Assembly: GCA_944358725.1 (NCBI GenBank)
Contig: CALVRS010000077.1
Coordinates: 1 to 33,113, forward strand
Direction of reading: 5' to 3'
Length of the DNA: 33,113 nt
From: an uncultured Bacilli bacterium
GTDB taxonomy: Bacteria; Bacillota_I; Bacilli_A; RF39; UBA660
Shown: piece after piece, positions 9,022-19,690 of the stretch
Position numbering within the stretch: the first letter of the stretch is position 1
How the letters are laid out: each line of letters begins with the position of its first letter
Position numbers and translations under genes: made by a program
Notes under the pieces: model-generated
Databases searched by the model: none
The model's input: only the letters and a program-made list of their open reading frames with translations
What the model was told of the DNA's origin: nothing

Positions 9022-10397
9022 AATATATCTCTAGCAGCTACAAGTCCAGTTGCAGCGGCGGTTACTATGTTACCAGCTTTACCAGCACCATCGCCTATAA
9101 AATATACATCATATTTTTCTAATTTAAAATTATTATCAGTACTAATTTCATTACTAAAAAATTTTATTTCTGGACCATATAGTAAGGTTTCACCATTATT
9201 AACACCAGGTATTATTTCGTTTAGTTTATCTAAACCTTCGATAATATTTGTAATGATACGGTATGGTAAGATTAAGGCTAGGTCACCTGCTACACAATCT
9301 TTTAGGGTAGGGGTAATAAATCCTTTATTAATTCGATGCCAATTACTACGGCGGCCTTGTTTTAGGTCTTTGAGTGTTTGGATGATTGGTTTACCATCTC
9401 CTAAAACATTGGCAATATGGGCGATGCTTTCGCCATATTCTCTTGTGTTAGTTACAGGTTCTGTTAGATTTACTTTAGAGATAAATGCAAAATTACTATT
9501 ATTTGATTTTACATCTTTTAGGGCATGCCCATTTACACATATATAACCGTAATAATTTTCTTTTGCTACAAATCCACCAGGATTGGTACAGAATGTTCTG
9601 ATTTCATCGTTATAAGTATCTGTTTTAATGAATATAGTTGGGTCATAGATAACTTGGCACAATTTTTCTAATATTTCTTTTCGAACTTCTACTCTAACAC
9701 CGATTTCTATACTTTGTGAAAGATATGGTATTTTATATTTATCAGCTAGTTCTTGAACCCATTTAGCGCCCGTTCTTCCTGGAGCAATTACGACCTTTTT
9801 GGCCTGATATTTGATTTCTTTATTTTTTGTTTTAATGGTTATTTCATGTTTATTTTTTTCTAAGCTTTTAACGTCTGTTACTTTAGCACTATCTAGTAGT
9901 TCTACACCTTTTTCTTTTAAATATTTAGTGAAGTTATCAATATAGGTTGGTAGTTTATCGCTTCCTAGATGTTTTTGTTTGATTAAAAGTAATCTTGCAC
10001 CAACTTTAGCTACTTTGCTTTTTATTTTAGCAGCTTCATCTAAATTAGAAGGGTATATTTTGCTATCCATCCCAAATTTATTAAATATTTGTTCACAGTC
10101 GTCTATTAGTTTATTAGCGGTTTCTTCATCCATATATTTGAACAAATCACTTTTACCGAGTTTTGGAATGAAGTTTAGTTTGCCATCTGAGAATGTACCC
10201 GCTCCTCCATAACCTGATAGGATATTACATGGGTTACAGTTGATACATTTGCCGGTTTTTTTCATGGGGCATTTTCTTGTTTTGGCAAATCTTCCTTCAT
10301 CTAATAGTAATATTTTTAGGTTTTGATTATTTTGAATTAGTTCATAGGCTGTAAATAGTCCAGCAGGCCCTGCGCCTACTATTATAACATCATACAT
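9006..10397 (-). CDS. FAD-dependent oxidoreductase (uncharacterised dehydrogenase family)
   Basis: GAGPAG, Cys cluster (CP...C..C.PC), GYGGAGTFSDGKL, RTFCTNPGG and GDGAG. Confidence 0.85.
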   Translation of the reverse strand: MYDVIIVGAGPAGLFTAYELIQNNQNLKILLLDEGRFAKTRKCPMKKTGKCINCNPCNILSGYGGAGTFSDGKLNFIPKLGKSDLFKYMDEETANKLIDDCEQIFNKFGMDSKIYPSNLDEAAKIKSKVAKVGARLLLIKQKHLGSDKLPTYIDNFTKYLKEKGVELLDSAKVTDVKSLEKNKHEITIKTKNKEIKYQAKKVVIAPGRTGAKWVQELADKYKIPYLSQSIEIGVRVEVRKEILEKLCQVIYDPTIFIKTDTYNDEIRTFCTNPGGFVAKENYYGYICVNGHALKDVKSNNSNFAFISKVNLTEPVTNTREYGESIAHIANVLGDGKPIIQTLKDLKQGRRSNWHRINKGFITPTLKDCVAGDLALILPYRIITNIIEGLDKLNEIIPGVNNGETLLYGPEIKFFSNEISTDNNFKLEKYDVYFIGDGAGKAGNIVTAAATGLVAARDILKSKN

Positions 10398-10431
10398 TTT
10401 ATCACCTTTTATATTGTATCAAAAAACAAGA

Positions 10432-12474
10432 CTATTTGTCTTGCTTTTCTTTTAATTTATCGAGTAATTCTTTTTTATTTAGTTTATAGTAGTCTTTTAT
10501 ACCTTCTTCTTTAGCGATATCTTTTAAATCCTCTAAGGTTAAGTCTTCTAGGCTTGCTACTTTAATATTTTTTTCTGTTTCTTTTTGTTTTTCTTCTTTT
10601 ACAGATTTTTCAAATTCTTCATGGGCTTTGATATCTTCTTCTGGCATTTTGCCATTTTTAACTAAATAATCAATTTGTTCTTTTGTAATTGTTTCATATT
10701 CTAATAATGTTTCAGCTATTAATTTTAGTAAGTCTAAGTTTTCTTTGACTATTTTTTTAGTCACTTCATACTGTGTAGTGATTATTTTTCTAACTTCTTC
10801 ATCGATTTGTTTGGCAACTTCATGTGAAAAGTTTTGAGCTTTATTATAATCTCTACCTAAGAAAACACTTGATTGTTGTTCTTCAAATTGGATTGGTCCT
10901 AAATCACTCATACCATATTCAGTGACCATAGCTCTTGCGATTTTTGTAGCTTGTTCAAAATCGTTTTGAGCACCGGTGGTTACTTCATTAAACATAGTTT
11001 CTTCGGCAACTCTTCCGGCTAGGAAGCCACTGATAGAATCTAATAATTCTTTTTTTGTTCTTAAGTAAGTTTCTTCTTTTGGAAGCATTAAATTATATCC
11101 ACCGGCTCTTCCTCTTGGAATAATGGTTATTTTTTGAACGTCATTAGCACCATCTAATTTGATACCAACTACAGCATGACCGGCTTCGTGATAAGCAACA
11201 GTACGTTTTTCTTTTTCAGTATATTTATGACTTTTTTTAGCTGGACCCATTAATACTCTATCATGAGCTTCATCAATTTCAGCCATTGTTATGGCATTTT
11301 TATTACGTCTTACAGTAAGTAGTGCGGCTTCATTAAGTAAATTTTCTAAATCAGCGCCACTAAAGCCAACTGTTCTTTTAGCAATATTTTTTAAAGTTAC
11401 ATTAGGAGCAAAGGTTTTTCCTTTAGCATGAACAGCTAAGATTTCTTCTCTTCCTTTTGCATCTGGATAATTGACGGTTACTTGTCTATCGAAACGTCCT
11501 GGTCTAAGTAATGCAGGGTCTAAGACATCTGGGCGGTTTGTGGCAGCAATTATGATTATTCCTTCATTAGCACCAAAACCATCCATTTCAGTTAATAATT
11601 GGTTAAGGGTTTGTTCTCTTTCGTCATGACCGCCACCTAGACCGGCACCTCTTTGACGACCAACAGCATCTATTTCATCAATAAATACTAGACAAGGAGC
11701 ACTTTGTTTAGCTTGTTTAAACATATCCCTAACTCTAGAAGCTCCTACTCCGACGAATAGTTCGACAAATTCAGAACCACTTATAAAATAAAATGGTACA
11801 TTTGCTTCACCGGCTACAGCTTTTGCAAGTAATGTTTTACCAGTTCCTGGAGGGCCTACTAATAGGACACCTTTAGGAATTCTAGCACCCATTTTTTGAA
11901 ATTTTTTAGGGTTTTTCAAGAAATCAATTAGTTCTGACATTTCTTCTTTTTCTTCTTCTAGTCCGGCAACGTCTTTAAAGGTTACTTTTGTTTCGCCTCC
12001 GCTTAATCTAGCTTTTGAGCGACCAAAGTCCATAGATTTACTACCGCTACCCATTTGTTTTGTGATGAAGTAGAATGCTACACCGATTATTATAAGGGTT
12101 GGTAATATGTTTACTAAAAAGATTAAAAATGGTGAAGAACTTGGATCAGTTGATGTTGTTAATTTAAATCCAGCTTTATCTTCAGCTTCTAGTAATTTTA
12201 CCATGGTCTCATTAGTTAGAGGCATATTAAAGGTAAATGATTCGTTGCTGGCATAGTCTTTTAGTGTTCCTCTTATTATATAAACACTGCTTTGACTATT
12301 TGGAACGATATTTATTTCTTTAACTTCTTTTTCTTTGACAGCATCCATGAACTCGCCATAGGTAAGTTCATTTACTTTTGTATTCATAGTACCGACTAAG
12401 GCATACATACAAAATAAGAAAACTGCTAGAAATATATAAGGAAATAGTCCTCTTTTAACAACTTTTTTATTCAT
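10432..12474 (-). CDS. ftsH: ATP-dependent zinc metalloprotease FtsH with C-terminal Rho_N-like extension
   Basis: Two TM segments, [17 protein letters not shown] (ALLRPGRFD) and HEAGH. Confidence 0.97.
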   Translation of the reverse strand: MNKKVVKRGLFPYIFLAVFLFCMYALVGTMNTKVNELTYGEFMDAVKEKEVKEINIVPNSQSSVYIIRGTLKDYASNESFTFNMPLTNETMVKLLEAEDKAGFKLTTSTDPSSSPFLIFLVNILPTLIIIGVAFYFITKQMGSGSKSMDFGRSKARLSGGETKVTFKDVAGLEEEKEEMSELIDFLKNPKKFQKMGARIPKGVLLVGPPGTGKTLLAKAVAGEANVPFYFISGSEFVELFVGVGASRVRDMFKQAKQSAPCLVFIDEIDAVGRQRGAGLGGGHDEREQTLNQLLTEMDGFGANEGIIIIAATNRPDVLDPALLRPGRFDRQVTVNYPDAKGREEILAVHAKGKTFAPNVTLKNIAKRTVGFSGADLENLLNEAALLTVRRNKNAITMAEIDEAHDRVLMGPAKKSHKYTEKEKRTVAYHEAGHAVVGIKLDGANDVQKITIIPRGRAGGYNLMLPKEETYLRTKKELLDSISGFLAGRVAEETMFNEVTTGAQNDFEQATKIARAMVTEYGMSDLGPIQFEEQQSSVFLGRDYNKAQNFSHEVAKQIDEEVRKIITTQYEVTKKIVKENLDLLKLIAETLLEYETITKEQIDYLVKNGKMPEEDIKAHEEFEKSVKEEKQKETEKNIKVASLEDLTLEDLKDIAKEEGIKDYYKLNKKELLDKLKEKQDK

Positions 12475-13799
12475 TACAAACTTCCTTTCTTTTTGTACCT
12501 AATTATTATATCATAGTTTTTAGTATTTTCTCTATCAAATTTAGTTTTTTTTAGGCCAGGAAGCCAGATAATTTTTTCTTCATTATCGGTTAATACAGGC
12601 CACAAATTTCTTTCATTTAATGGTATTTTTTCATTTATGAAAATATCTTTTAGTTTTTTATGTTTATTTAATCCTTTTAGTATTAAGGTGTCTCCTTTTT
12701 TTCTAGTTCTTACGTGAAGGGGCATTTTTATTTCTTTGGAGTTTATTTTAGTGACATAATTTGAAGTGTCATTGGTGGTTTCAATGATTTCAATTACATC
12801 TTGGTTTGGTAGGGTTATTTTTTTATTTAAAGTATAATCATATGCTTTGGTTTGTGATTTTTCTTCTATCCAAGCATTATTATATGATTTTATGAATATT
12901 TTATTATCTGGTAAATTGATTTTTTTGTTTGGTAATTTATTTTTTACTGTGGATAAAATTTTACTAACATGTTTATCATTTATTTTATTAATATTATTTT
13001 TATAATTTTCTTGTAAAATATGGTGGATTAATTTTTTTTGAATTATATTTTCTTGATTTAAAAAGTGTTTAATATTTATTTTATTGTTTTTATATATAAT
13101 AGGCAAAAGGGTTTTTATTTGTGTTTCTAGATATGTTTCTATTTCATTTATAGATTCACTAAATTCTAAAAATTTTAAGTGAACGTTTTTATTTTCTTGT
13201 TTTAGTTTTGGTAAGATATATTTACGGATTCGGTTTCTAGTATAGGCACTACTATTGTTAGTTTTATCGATTACATAAGGTATTTTGTTTTCTTGGACAT
13301 AATTTAAAATTTCATCTTTTGTTTTATTTATTAGTGGGCGATAAATTTTATAGTTATTCATATCGTTTAGTTCTTTAAAACCAGCATAACCTTTAAATGA
13401 TGCGCCGCGTATTAAGCGCATGATTATAGTTTCGGTTAAATCATCTCCATGATGGGCGGTTAGAAGATAGCTAGCGCTATATTTTTTTATTAAATTTTCA
13501 AAAAATTCATAACGCTTTTTTCTGGCAAATTCTTCAGTATTTCCTTGATAGTTATTTATTTCTATGTATTCAAAGATTAGATTATTTTTTTGACAGTAAT
13601 TTTGAACCATTTTAGCTTCTTCTTTACTTTCTTTTCTTAATTTATGATTAACATGGGCACAAATTACTTGGATGTTTTTTTTATTTTTTATTTGATTTAG
13701 AAGATTTAATAAAGCCATAGAATCTGGGCCACCTGATACAGCAGCTACTATTTTGATGTTATTTGGAAGATTTTCAAGTTTATTTAAAATATCATTCAT
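12474..13799 (-). CDS. tilS: tRNA(Ile)-lysidine synthase
   Basis: AVSGGPDS, HVNH.LR, TAHHGDD and RNRIR. Confidence 0.95.
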   Translation of the reverse strand: MNDILNKLENLPNNIKIVAAVSGGPDSMALLNLLNQIKNKKNIQVICAHVNHKLRKESKEEAKMVQNYCQKNNLIFEYIEINNYQGNTEEFARKKRYEFFENLIKKYSASYLLTAHHGDDLTETIIMRLIRGASFKGYAGFKELNDMNNYKIYRPLINKTKDEILNYVQENKIPYVIDKTNNSSAYTRNRIRKYILPKLKQENKNVHLKFLEFSESINEIETYLETQIKTLLPIIYKNNKINIKHFLNQENIIQKKLIHHILQENYKNNINKINDKHVSKILSTVKNKLPNKKINLPDNKIFIKSYNNAWIEEKSQTKAYDYTLNKKITLPNQDVIEIIETTNDTSNYVTKINSKEIKMPLHVRTRKKGDTLILKGLNKHKKLKDIFINEKIPLNERNLWPVLTDNEEKIIWLPGLKKTKFDRENTKNYDIIIRYKKKGSL

Positions 13800-14457
13800 C
13801 TTCATCACCCCATTTGATAGGAGTTATACCATGAGAGACTAAAAAGTTATTTGTTTTTGAAAATGGTTTACTACCAAAGAAACCACGGTGGGCGGAAAGG
13901 GGAGAAGGATGAGGACTTTCAACTATATAATGATTTTTATTTGTAATTAAGGTCTTTTTACTTCTAGCATAACTACCCCAAAGGATAAAGACAATTGGTT
14001 TTTCTCTTTGGTTTAAAAGTTTAATTAGATTATCGGTAAATGTTTCCCATCCTTTATCTTTATGCGATAGGGGAGTATCTTTGACAACTGTCATGATGGA
14101 GTTAAGCAGGAAAACGCCTTGTTTTGCCCAATCGGTTAGATTATTATTTTTTCTTTCAACACCAAGGTCATTTTTTAATTCTTTGAAAATGTTATCAAGT
14201 GATGGTGGTCTTTTGACACCTGCTTCGACGGAAAACGATAGTCCATGGGCTTCTTTTGGTCCATGATAAGGATCTTGTCCTAAAATAACGACTTTTACTT
14301 CATCATAATCGGTATATCTTAGGGCGTTAAAAATATTTTTATATTCTGGATAGACTATTTTTTTTCCATATTCGTTTTTGACAAAAATGCCTAACTGTTT
14401 AAAGTAAGGTTTTCTAAATTCATCTTTTAATAATTCATCCCATTTTTTATTAATCAT
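13792..14457 (-). CDS. ung: Uracil-DNA glycosylase
   Basis: GQDPYH, HGLSFS and HPSPLS. Confidence 0.97.
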   Translation of the reverse strand: MINKKWDELLKDEFRKPYFKQLGIFVKNEYGKKIVYPEYKNIFNALRYTDYDEVKVVILGQDPYHGPKEAHGLSFSVEAGVKRPPSLDNIFKELKNDLGVERKNNNLTDWAKQGVFLLNSIMTVVKDTPLSHKDKGWETFTDNLIKLLNQREKPIVFILWGSYARSKKTLITNKNHYIVESPHPSPLSAHRGFFGSKPFSKTNNFLVSHGITPIKWGDEDE

Positions 14458-14752
14458 GTTTTTGTCTCCTTTGGGATATATTGTAACATTTTTATTTATA
14501 AAATAAAAGAAAAAACTACCAAGTTATGGCAGCATTTATTAAAATTCATTATCTATTTTAAGGGCATTTAGCGAATAGAATTTTTTAACTATATAGCCAA
14601 CAATTATTTTAAAAATATATAGTGATAGGTAATTTAAGTATATTAAATATAGATAAATGGATAATTGTTTGAGTTGATATTTGGCGACTAAAAATGGATT
14701 ATATTTATTATTTTGATGCATATAAATATTATTATGATGTTTTTTATATAAA

Positions 14753-15592
14753 TTATCTTTTTGTTTTATTATATAGTTCATTGGCTATTTCCGCAAATAT
14801 TTCGATTGAAATAGCTTCAGCTCTTACGGTTAAATCTAGATTATGTTTTTTTAAAATATTTTCTATTTTTTCTAAATTATATCCTTTTAAATTATTTTTT
14901 AATGTTTTTCTTTTTTGTTTAAATGAATCTCTTACTAGTTTGAAAAAAATTTGTTCATTTTTAAGTTTTATTTTATTTTCTTTTTTTGTGAAGGATACAA
15001 CTATACTATCGACATTTGGTTTTGGTATGAAGACATTTTTACTCACATCTAATATTTTTTCCACAGTAAAGTAGTAGTTTAGAAATATCGATAGAGAATT
15101 ATATTCTTTAGTATTTGGTTTGGCTTTGAATCTATTACCAACTTCTTTTTGAACCATGACGACAATTTTATCGATATTTAATTTATCTTCAATTAATTTG
15201 ATTATTATAGGAGTTGTTATATAGTAGGGGAGATTAGCTACTACATAGGTTTTTGAATAGTTATAATTTTTTAAATCTTCTGAAATATTTCTTTTTAAAA
15301 AATCTTCGTAAATGATTGTTGTATTATTTAGGTTTTGTTTTTCTAAAATTGGTTTTAGAGTTTTATCTATTTCATAGGCTATTACATGACCAGATACTTT
15401 ATCTAATTGTGCTGTTAGTGAACCAGCACCTGGTCCTATTTCAATTACTAAAGTATCTTTATCAATATTTGATTTTTTTATTATACTGTGGATAATGTTT
15501 TTATCCACAATGAAGTTTTGACCAAATTTCTTTTTAAAGTTAAAGTTTTCTTTATTTAGTTCATTTTTTATTTTTTTAGGAGAATATTCCAT
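14753..15592 (-). CDS. rsmA: 16S rRNA m6,2A dimethyltransferase
   Basis: KKFGQNF, EIGPGAG and ANLPYYIT. Confidence 0.96.
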   Translation of the reverse strand: MEYSPKKIKNELNKENFNFKKKFGQNFIVDKNIIHSIIKKSNIDKDTLVIEIGPGAGSLTAQLDKVSGHVIAYEIDKTLKPILEKQNLNNTTIIYEDFLKRNISEDLKNYNYSKTYVVANLPYYITTPIIIKLIEDKLNIDKIVVMVQKEVGNRFKAKPNTKEYNSLSIFLNYYFTVEKILDVSKNVFIPKPNVDSIVVSFTKKENKIKLKNEQIFFKLVRDSFKQKRKTLKNNLKGYNLEKIENILKKHNLDLTVRAEAISIEIFAEIANELYNKTKR

Positions 15593-15616
15593 ATAAATCA
15601 CCTACCTCATTATACT

Positions 15617-15643
15617 AAAAAAAACTAGGGTTAGCTAGTTTTT
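15617..15643 (-). terminator. Intrinsic terminator after the sensor kinase
   Basis: AAAAACTAG...CTAGTTTTT hairpin with a T-tract on the minus strand. Confidence 0.55.
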
Positions 15644-16714
15644 AGGTAAAGTTATAGTAAAAGTGGTTTCTTCATTTTCACTTTTTACGGTTATAGTGCC
15701 ATTATGTAATTTGATTATTTCTTTAGCGATGGCAAGCCCTAGACCGGTACCACCTAATTTAGTATTTCTAGAGTAATCAACCCGATAAAATTTATCAAAT
15801 AATTTATCTAACTGTTCTTTAGTTAAGGTTTTGCTTTTATTAGATATGGTTATAATTAGATTTTTATTTTCTTTTATGTTAATAGTGATTGGACTATTTT
15901 CATAACTATAGCTTATTGCATTTTTTATTAAATTATTAAAAACTCTTGCCATTTTAATAGAATCTGCTTCTATGAAAATATCTTTTTCTGTGGAAAAGTG
16001 AATTTCTTTGGTTTGATCTTTTAAAATAGGGTAAAATTCATCTATTACTTGATTAATTAATAGAGTTAAATTTAATTTTTCTTTTTTTATAGTTAAGGTT
16101 TCGGAATTATATTTAGTTATTTCAAATAATTCGTTAATGAGGTTTTCTAGTTTATTTGATTTTTCTAAAGCTATTTTTATGAATTTGTTTTTCTGTTTAT
16201 TACTTAAGTTTTTTTCTTCATCTAAAAGTGAAAGATAACCAATTATAGAGGTTAGGGGAGTTTTTAAATCATGGGCGAGATAGACTATTAAATCGTTTTT
16301 CTTTTGGTCATTTTCTTTAGCTAGGCGTTCGTTAAATAAAGCTTCTTTTTTTATTTGATTCATAGTGGTTTCTGCTTCTTTTAATTCTTCTGGAAGTTTT
16401 ATTTTTTCATTTGTTTTGGTAATTAGTTTTCTACTTTCTGTAACTAGAGCGTCAATATAGGATAGAGATTTCATTAGTGTTATTGTAAATATTATAATAA
16501 AACCTATAAACCAGATGATAAGTAAGAAAAATCCTTGATAAAAGATGTTTGTCAATATGATATATAATGGGTCTTCTGCATACCATGTTACCATTGAACA
16601 TACATGGTATCCTGCTATATAAAAAATGATAAAACAAATTGTATATAAAAAAGTTACTTTAAAAAGTTTTTTTAGAAATTTAAAGGTTAATTCTTTTCCA
16701 TATTTATTTTTCAA
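15635..16714 (-). CDS. VanS-like sensor histidine kinase
   Basis: Two TM segments with a short loop; H-box YLAHDLKTPLTSIIGYL; N, F and G2 boxes. Confidence 0.88.
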   Translation of the reverse strand: MKNKYGKELTFKFLKKLFKVTFLYTICFIIFYIAGYHVCSMVTWYAEDPLYIILTNIFYQGFFLLIIWFIGFIIIFTITLMKSLSYIDALVTESRKLITKTNEKIKLPEELKEAETTMNQIKKEALFNERLAKENDQKKNDLIVYLAHDLKTPLTSIIGYLSLLDEEKNLSNKQKNKFIKIALEKSNKLENLINELFEITKYNSETLTIKKEKLNLTLLINQVIDEFYPILKDQTKEIHFSTEKDIFIEADSIKMARVFNNLIKNAISYSYENSPITINIKENKNLIITISNKSKTLTKEQLDKLFDKFYRVDYSRNTKLGGTGLGLAIAKEIIKLHNGTITVKSENEETTFTITLPKN

Positions 16715-17381
16715 TTTGATAACCTACTCCCCATATTGTATTTATGTATTTTATTTTATCATTTTCGCCTAGTTTTTCTCTTAGATGACGTATATGAACC
16801 ATTAAAGTGGCACTACTAGAGGTTATATATGGTTCTTGCCAAACTTCTTCAAAAAGTTTTTCTGTTGTTACTACTTTATTTGCGTTTTCAGCTAATAAAT
16901 AGAGTATAGAAAATTCAGTTGGGGTTAATGATATTTTTTGACTATTTTTTAAACATTCATGTTTATCTTTATCTAAAACTAAATCTTTAATAGCAATTAT
17001 TTTATTTTTATTTTGATTATAGCTTATATATCTTCTTAGTTGGGCTTTAACTCTAGCTATGAGTTCTAGTGGCATGAATGGTTTAGTTATATAGTCATCG
17101 GCTCCAATGTTTAATCCTTTTATTTTATCAGCATCAGTAATTTTAGCAGTTACCATGATTATAGGAAAGTTATATTTTTTTCTTATGATTTGACACAAGG
17201 TAAATCCATCAATATCTGGCATCATAATGTCTAAAATAGCTAGGTCTATTTTTCTTTGTTTTATTATTTTTAAGGCTTTTTTACTACTATATGTTTTATA
17301 GACATTATATCCTTCGTTTTTTAAATATAGTTCAATTAAATCGGCAATTTCTATTTCATCATCGACAACTAGTATGTTCAT
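16704..17381 (-). CDS. VanR-like OmpR-family response regulator
   Basis: VVDDE, LDIMMP, GADDYITKPF and TIWGVGY. Confidence 0.9.
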   Translation of the reverse strand: MNILVVDDEIEIADLIELYLKNEGYNVYKTYSSKKALKIIKQRKIDLAILDIMMPDIDGFTLCQIIRKKYNFPIIMVTAKITDADKIKGLNIGADDYITKPFMPLELIARVKAQLRRYISYNQNKNKIIAIKDLVLDKDKHECLKNSQKISLTPTEFSILYLLAENANKVVTTEKLFEEVWQEPYITSSSATLMVHIRHLREKLGENDKIKYINTIWGVGYQIEK

Positions 17382-18022
17382 ACATTTCCTCCTAAGTATT
17401 CTTCTAAAGTTAAATTTTTATAAGTTATTTCTTTAGCGGCTTTTTTTCCAACATAACGGTAGTGCCATGGTTCATAATCTATTTTAGTTATTTCATATTT
17501 ATCATCTGGATATCTTAAGATAAAACCATATTTATGGGCATTATTTTTTAGCCACTTCCACATTTTTTCATTTTCATCATAATGTCCTTCGTTACTAAAG
17601 TCAATAGCTAGCCCTGTTTCATGTTCAGAATAACCTGGGACTTGAACGGTTAATTTTGTTTTTTCATAGGCTTTTTCTTTTGGGTATCCTTCGTTTTGAT
17701 AAGTTTTCATTTTATTTTTAAAAATTTGGGCTTGCTCATTTTTTGAACGATAGGCATTATTTATTTTTAAGGTTATGTTATCATTTAAAGCAGCATTATA
17801 CATTTCTACTAAATCATTATATATTGTGTCGGCTACTTGATAGTTATCAAAAGAAATTAAATTTAAGTTAATGTTATCTGGAAAGGCATTTTCGCTATTA
17901 ACTAAAATTAAGGGATTAATTTCGCTTATAGGGTCTACTGATGAATAGACATATGGTTTTTGAAGACAGTAAACTAAATATATAAGTAAAATACCAACAA
18001 ATAGAGTTAAAATTTTTTTCAT
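17378..18022 (-). CDS. VanY-like M15B D,D-carboxypeptidase
   Basis: N-terminal anchor, SEHETGLAID (SxHxxGxAxD) and EPWH. Confidence 0.88.
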   Translation of the reverse strand: MKKILTLFVGILLIYLVYCLQKPYVYSSVDPISEINPLILVNSENAFPDNINLNLISFDNYQVADTIYNDLVEMYNAALNDNITLKINNAYRSKNEQAQIFKNKMKTYQNEGYPKEKAYEKTKLTVQVPGYSEHETGLAIDFSNEGHYDENEKMWKWLKNNAHKYGFILRYPDDKYEITKIDYEPWHYRYVGKKAAKEITYKNLTLEEYLGGNV

Positions 18023-18061
18023 AATATCGCCTCTAAAGCAATATTAATTTAAATTTTTATA

Positions 18062-18112
18062 ATTATAAAACTTTTTAATTATTTATTAAGATATTTTAAG
18101 AAAATATTAAGA
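18062..18112 (-). promoter_or_regulatory. Response-regulator-dependent promoter of the vanY-R-S-like operon
   Basis: TCTTAA x3 (plus-strand TTAAGA at 18086, 18096, 18107; 10-11 bp spacing); TATAAT at 18067-18062. Confidence 0.6.
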
Positions 18113-18124
18113 AAAAAATGAGGT

Positions 18125-18829
18125 TTAAAAACCCCATCTTTGAACGCTATATTTTACGTTAGAGCTTGTGGATAAATATAACGAATTATCATTTTCAGTT
18201 ATATATGCTAGATCCATGTGCACTATGCCATTTTTCCAAGCATTTTGCATGGCTCCACCAGTATCTAAAACAATAGCGTTAAATGTTCCAAGGTTTGGAT
18301 TATCTACTTTGATAATGGTTCCACAAGGAAATTTATCTAAAGCAGCAGCTATTATTCTAATTTCACCAAATTCGTCATCGTTATAGGTCATACCATCCTT
18401 AGTTAGACTATGATATGTTCCATTTTTGGTTTTACAAGCTAAGATTCCTTCTCCGGAACATCCTATGCAGTCAGCACCATAACCTGTCATTTTTCCTACA
18501 TATTCGGCTTTGTCACCAGTTCCAATTTCGATTTCTGCATTTTTTGGACTTTCAATTATTTGAGTATTATTATTTTCATCAATGTAGGCGAGTCCATTTT
18601 GCCCCTTTCGTTTTGTAACAGTTACACCGGTAGGAAGTTTTTTGTTATAGGTTTTGACTGTATCATATTCTATGACTTTTGTTATAGCCACAGAATTTTT
18701 TGTCTGGTTTAAATTTTTTACTTCAAATTTCGTTTCTGAAAAAAGGTTACCAGATGTTATTATTCCTGAGATTGTTATAATGGTTATTAAGAGTCCTAAT
18801 ACCAAATATCTCAGGTGATATTTTTTCAT
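18125..18829 (-). CDS. G5 + 3D-domain cell-wall protein (YabE/Sps-like)
   Basis: N-terminal TM; truncated G5 (LPTG...KRKGQNG...IEIGT); LDTGGA and HMDL; located downstream of tatD. Confidence 0.78.
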   Translation of the reverse strand: MKKYHLRYLVLGLLITIITISGIITSGNLFSETKFEVKNLNQTKNSVAITKVIEYDTVKTYNKKLPTGVTVTKRKGQNGLAYIDENNNTQIIESPKNAEIEIGTGDKAEYVGKMTGYGADCIGCSGEGILACKTKNGTYHSLTKDGMTYNDDEFGEIRIIAAALDKFPCGTIIKVDNPNLGTFNAIVLDTGGAMQNAWKNGIVHMDLAYITENDNSLYLSTSSNVKYSVQRWGF

Positions 18830-18876
18830 ATTTCACCTCATATTTCAAAATTGAAACCATTTAAAGTATACCATAT

Positions 18877-19635
18877 TTATATTTTTAAGTCAAACTGTCC
18901 AATGGCTGTTTGCGTTGTAATTTCAAGGGTTTTTGCGTAGTCTATACCCTTTAATTGGGATATTTTGGCAGCGATATATTTAATGTTTTGTGGTTCGTTT
19001 TTTTTGCCTCTTAATGGCTCTGGCGTGAGATATGGACTATCGGTTTCTAAGATAAAGTTATGAATATCTAAGGTAGAAACTATTTCTTTTAGTTTTTTTT
19101 CATTTTTAAAGGTTAAGACACCTCCTATACCTAGTTTTACACCTAATTTCACAAATCTTTCTGCCATTTCTAGACTACCACTAAAACAATGCATATTACA
19201 TTTGATATTTTTATTTTTATATTTTTCTATTATATTATATGTATCTTCAATGGCGTCTCTACAATGAATGACTATTGTTTTTTGATATTTATTTGCGAGA
19301 TTTATTTGTTTTATGAATAGTTCTTTTTGTTTTTCTTTATTTTGTTTTGTGTAGTGATAGTCTAGTCCTATTTCGCCAATACCAACTATTTTAGGATGAT
19401 TTAAGTATTTTTCGATTTTTTTTAAATCTTCGTTTTTATAGGTATCAGCAAATTCTGGGTGGATACCAATAGTACCATAGATATTTTTATGAGTTTCACA
19501 TAATTCAATTACTTCATTTATATCTTTTGGACTAGCAGTACTTACTATCATTATATTATCTTCCATATTTTTTATGATTTCTTCTTTATTATTATAATCT
19601 TCATTACTTATATGGCAGTGGGTATCTATTAACAT
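18877..19635 (-). CDS. tatD: TatD family hydrolase
   Basis: DTHCH, GIHP, GEIGLDY and LETDSPYL. Confidence 0.95.
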   Translation of the reverse strand: MLIDTHCHISNEDYNNKEEIIKNMEDNIMIVSTASPKDINEVIELCETHKNIYGTIGIHPEFADTYKNEDLKKIEKYLNHPKIVGIGEIGLDYHYTKQNKEKQKELFIKQINLANKYQKTIVIHCRDAIEDTYNIIEKYKNKNIKCNMHCFSGSLEMAERFVKLGVKLGIGGVLTFKNEKKLKEIVSTLDIHNFILETDSPYLTPEPLRGKKNEPQNIKYIAAKISQLKGIDYAKTLEITTQTAIGQFDLKI

Positions 19636-19690
19636 ATTTATCACCTTTTTTATTATAGCATTTTTATGAAAAAAAAGGTCTTAAAACATT

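Noticed and set aside
15635-18022. Complete vancomycin-resistance operon
   Set aside because: No ligase, dehydrogenase, racemase or VanX gene in the window.
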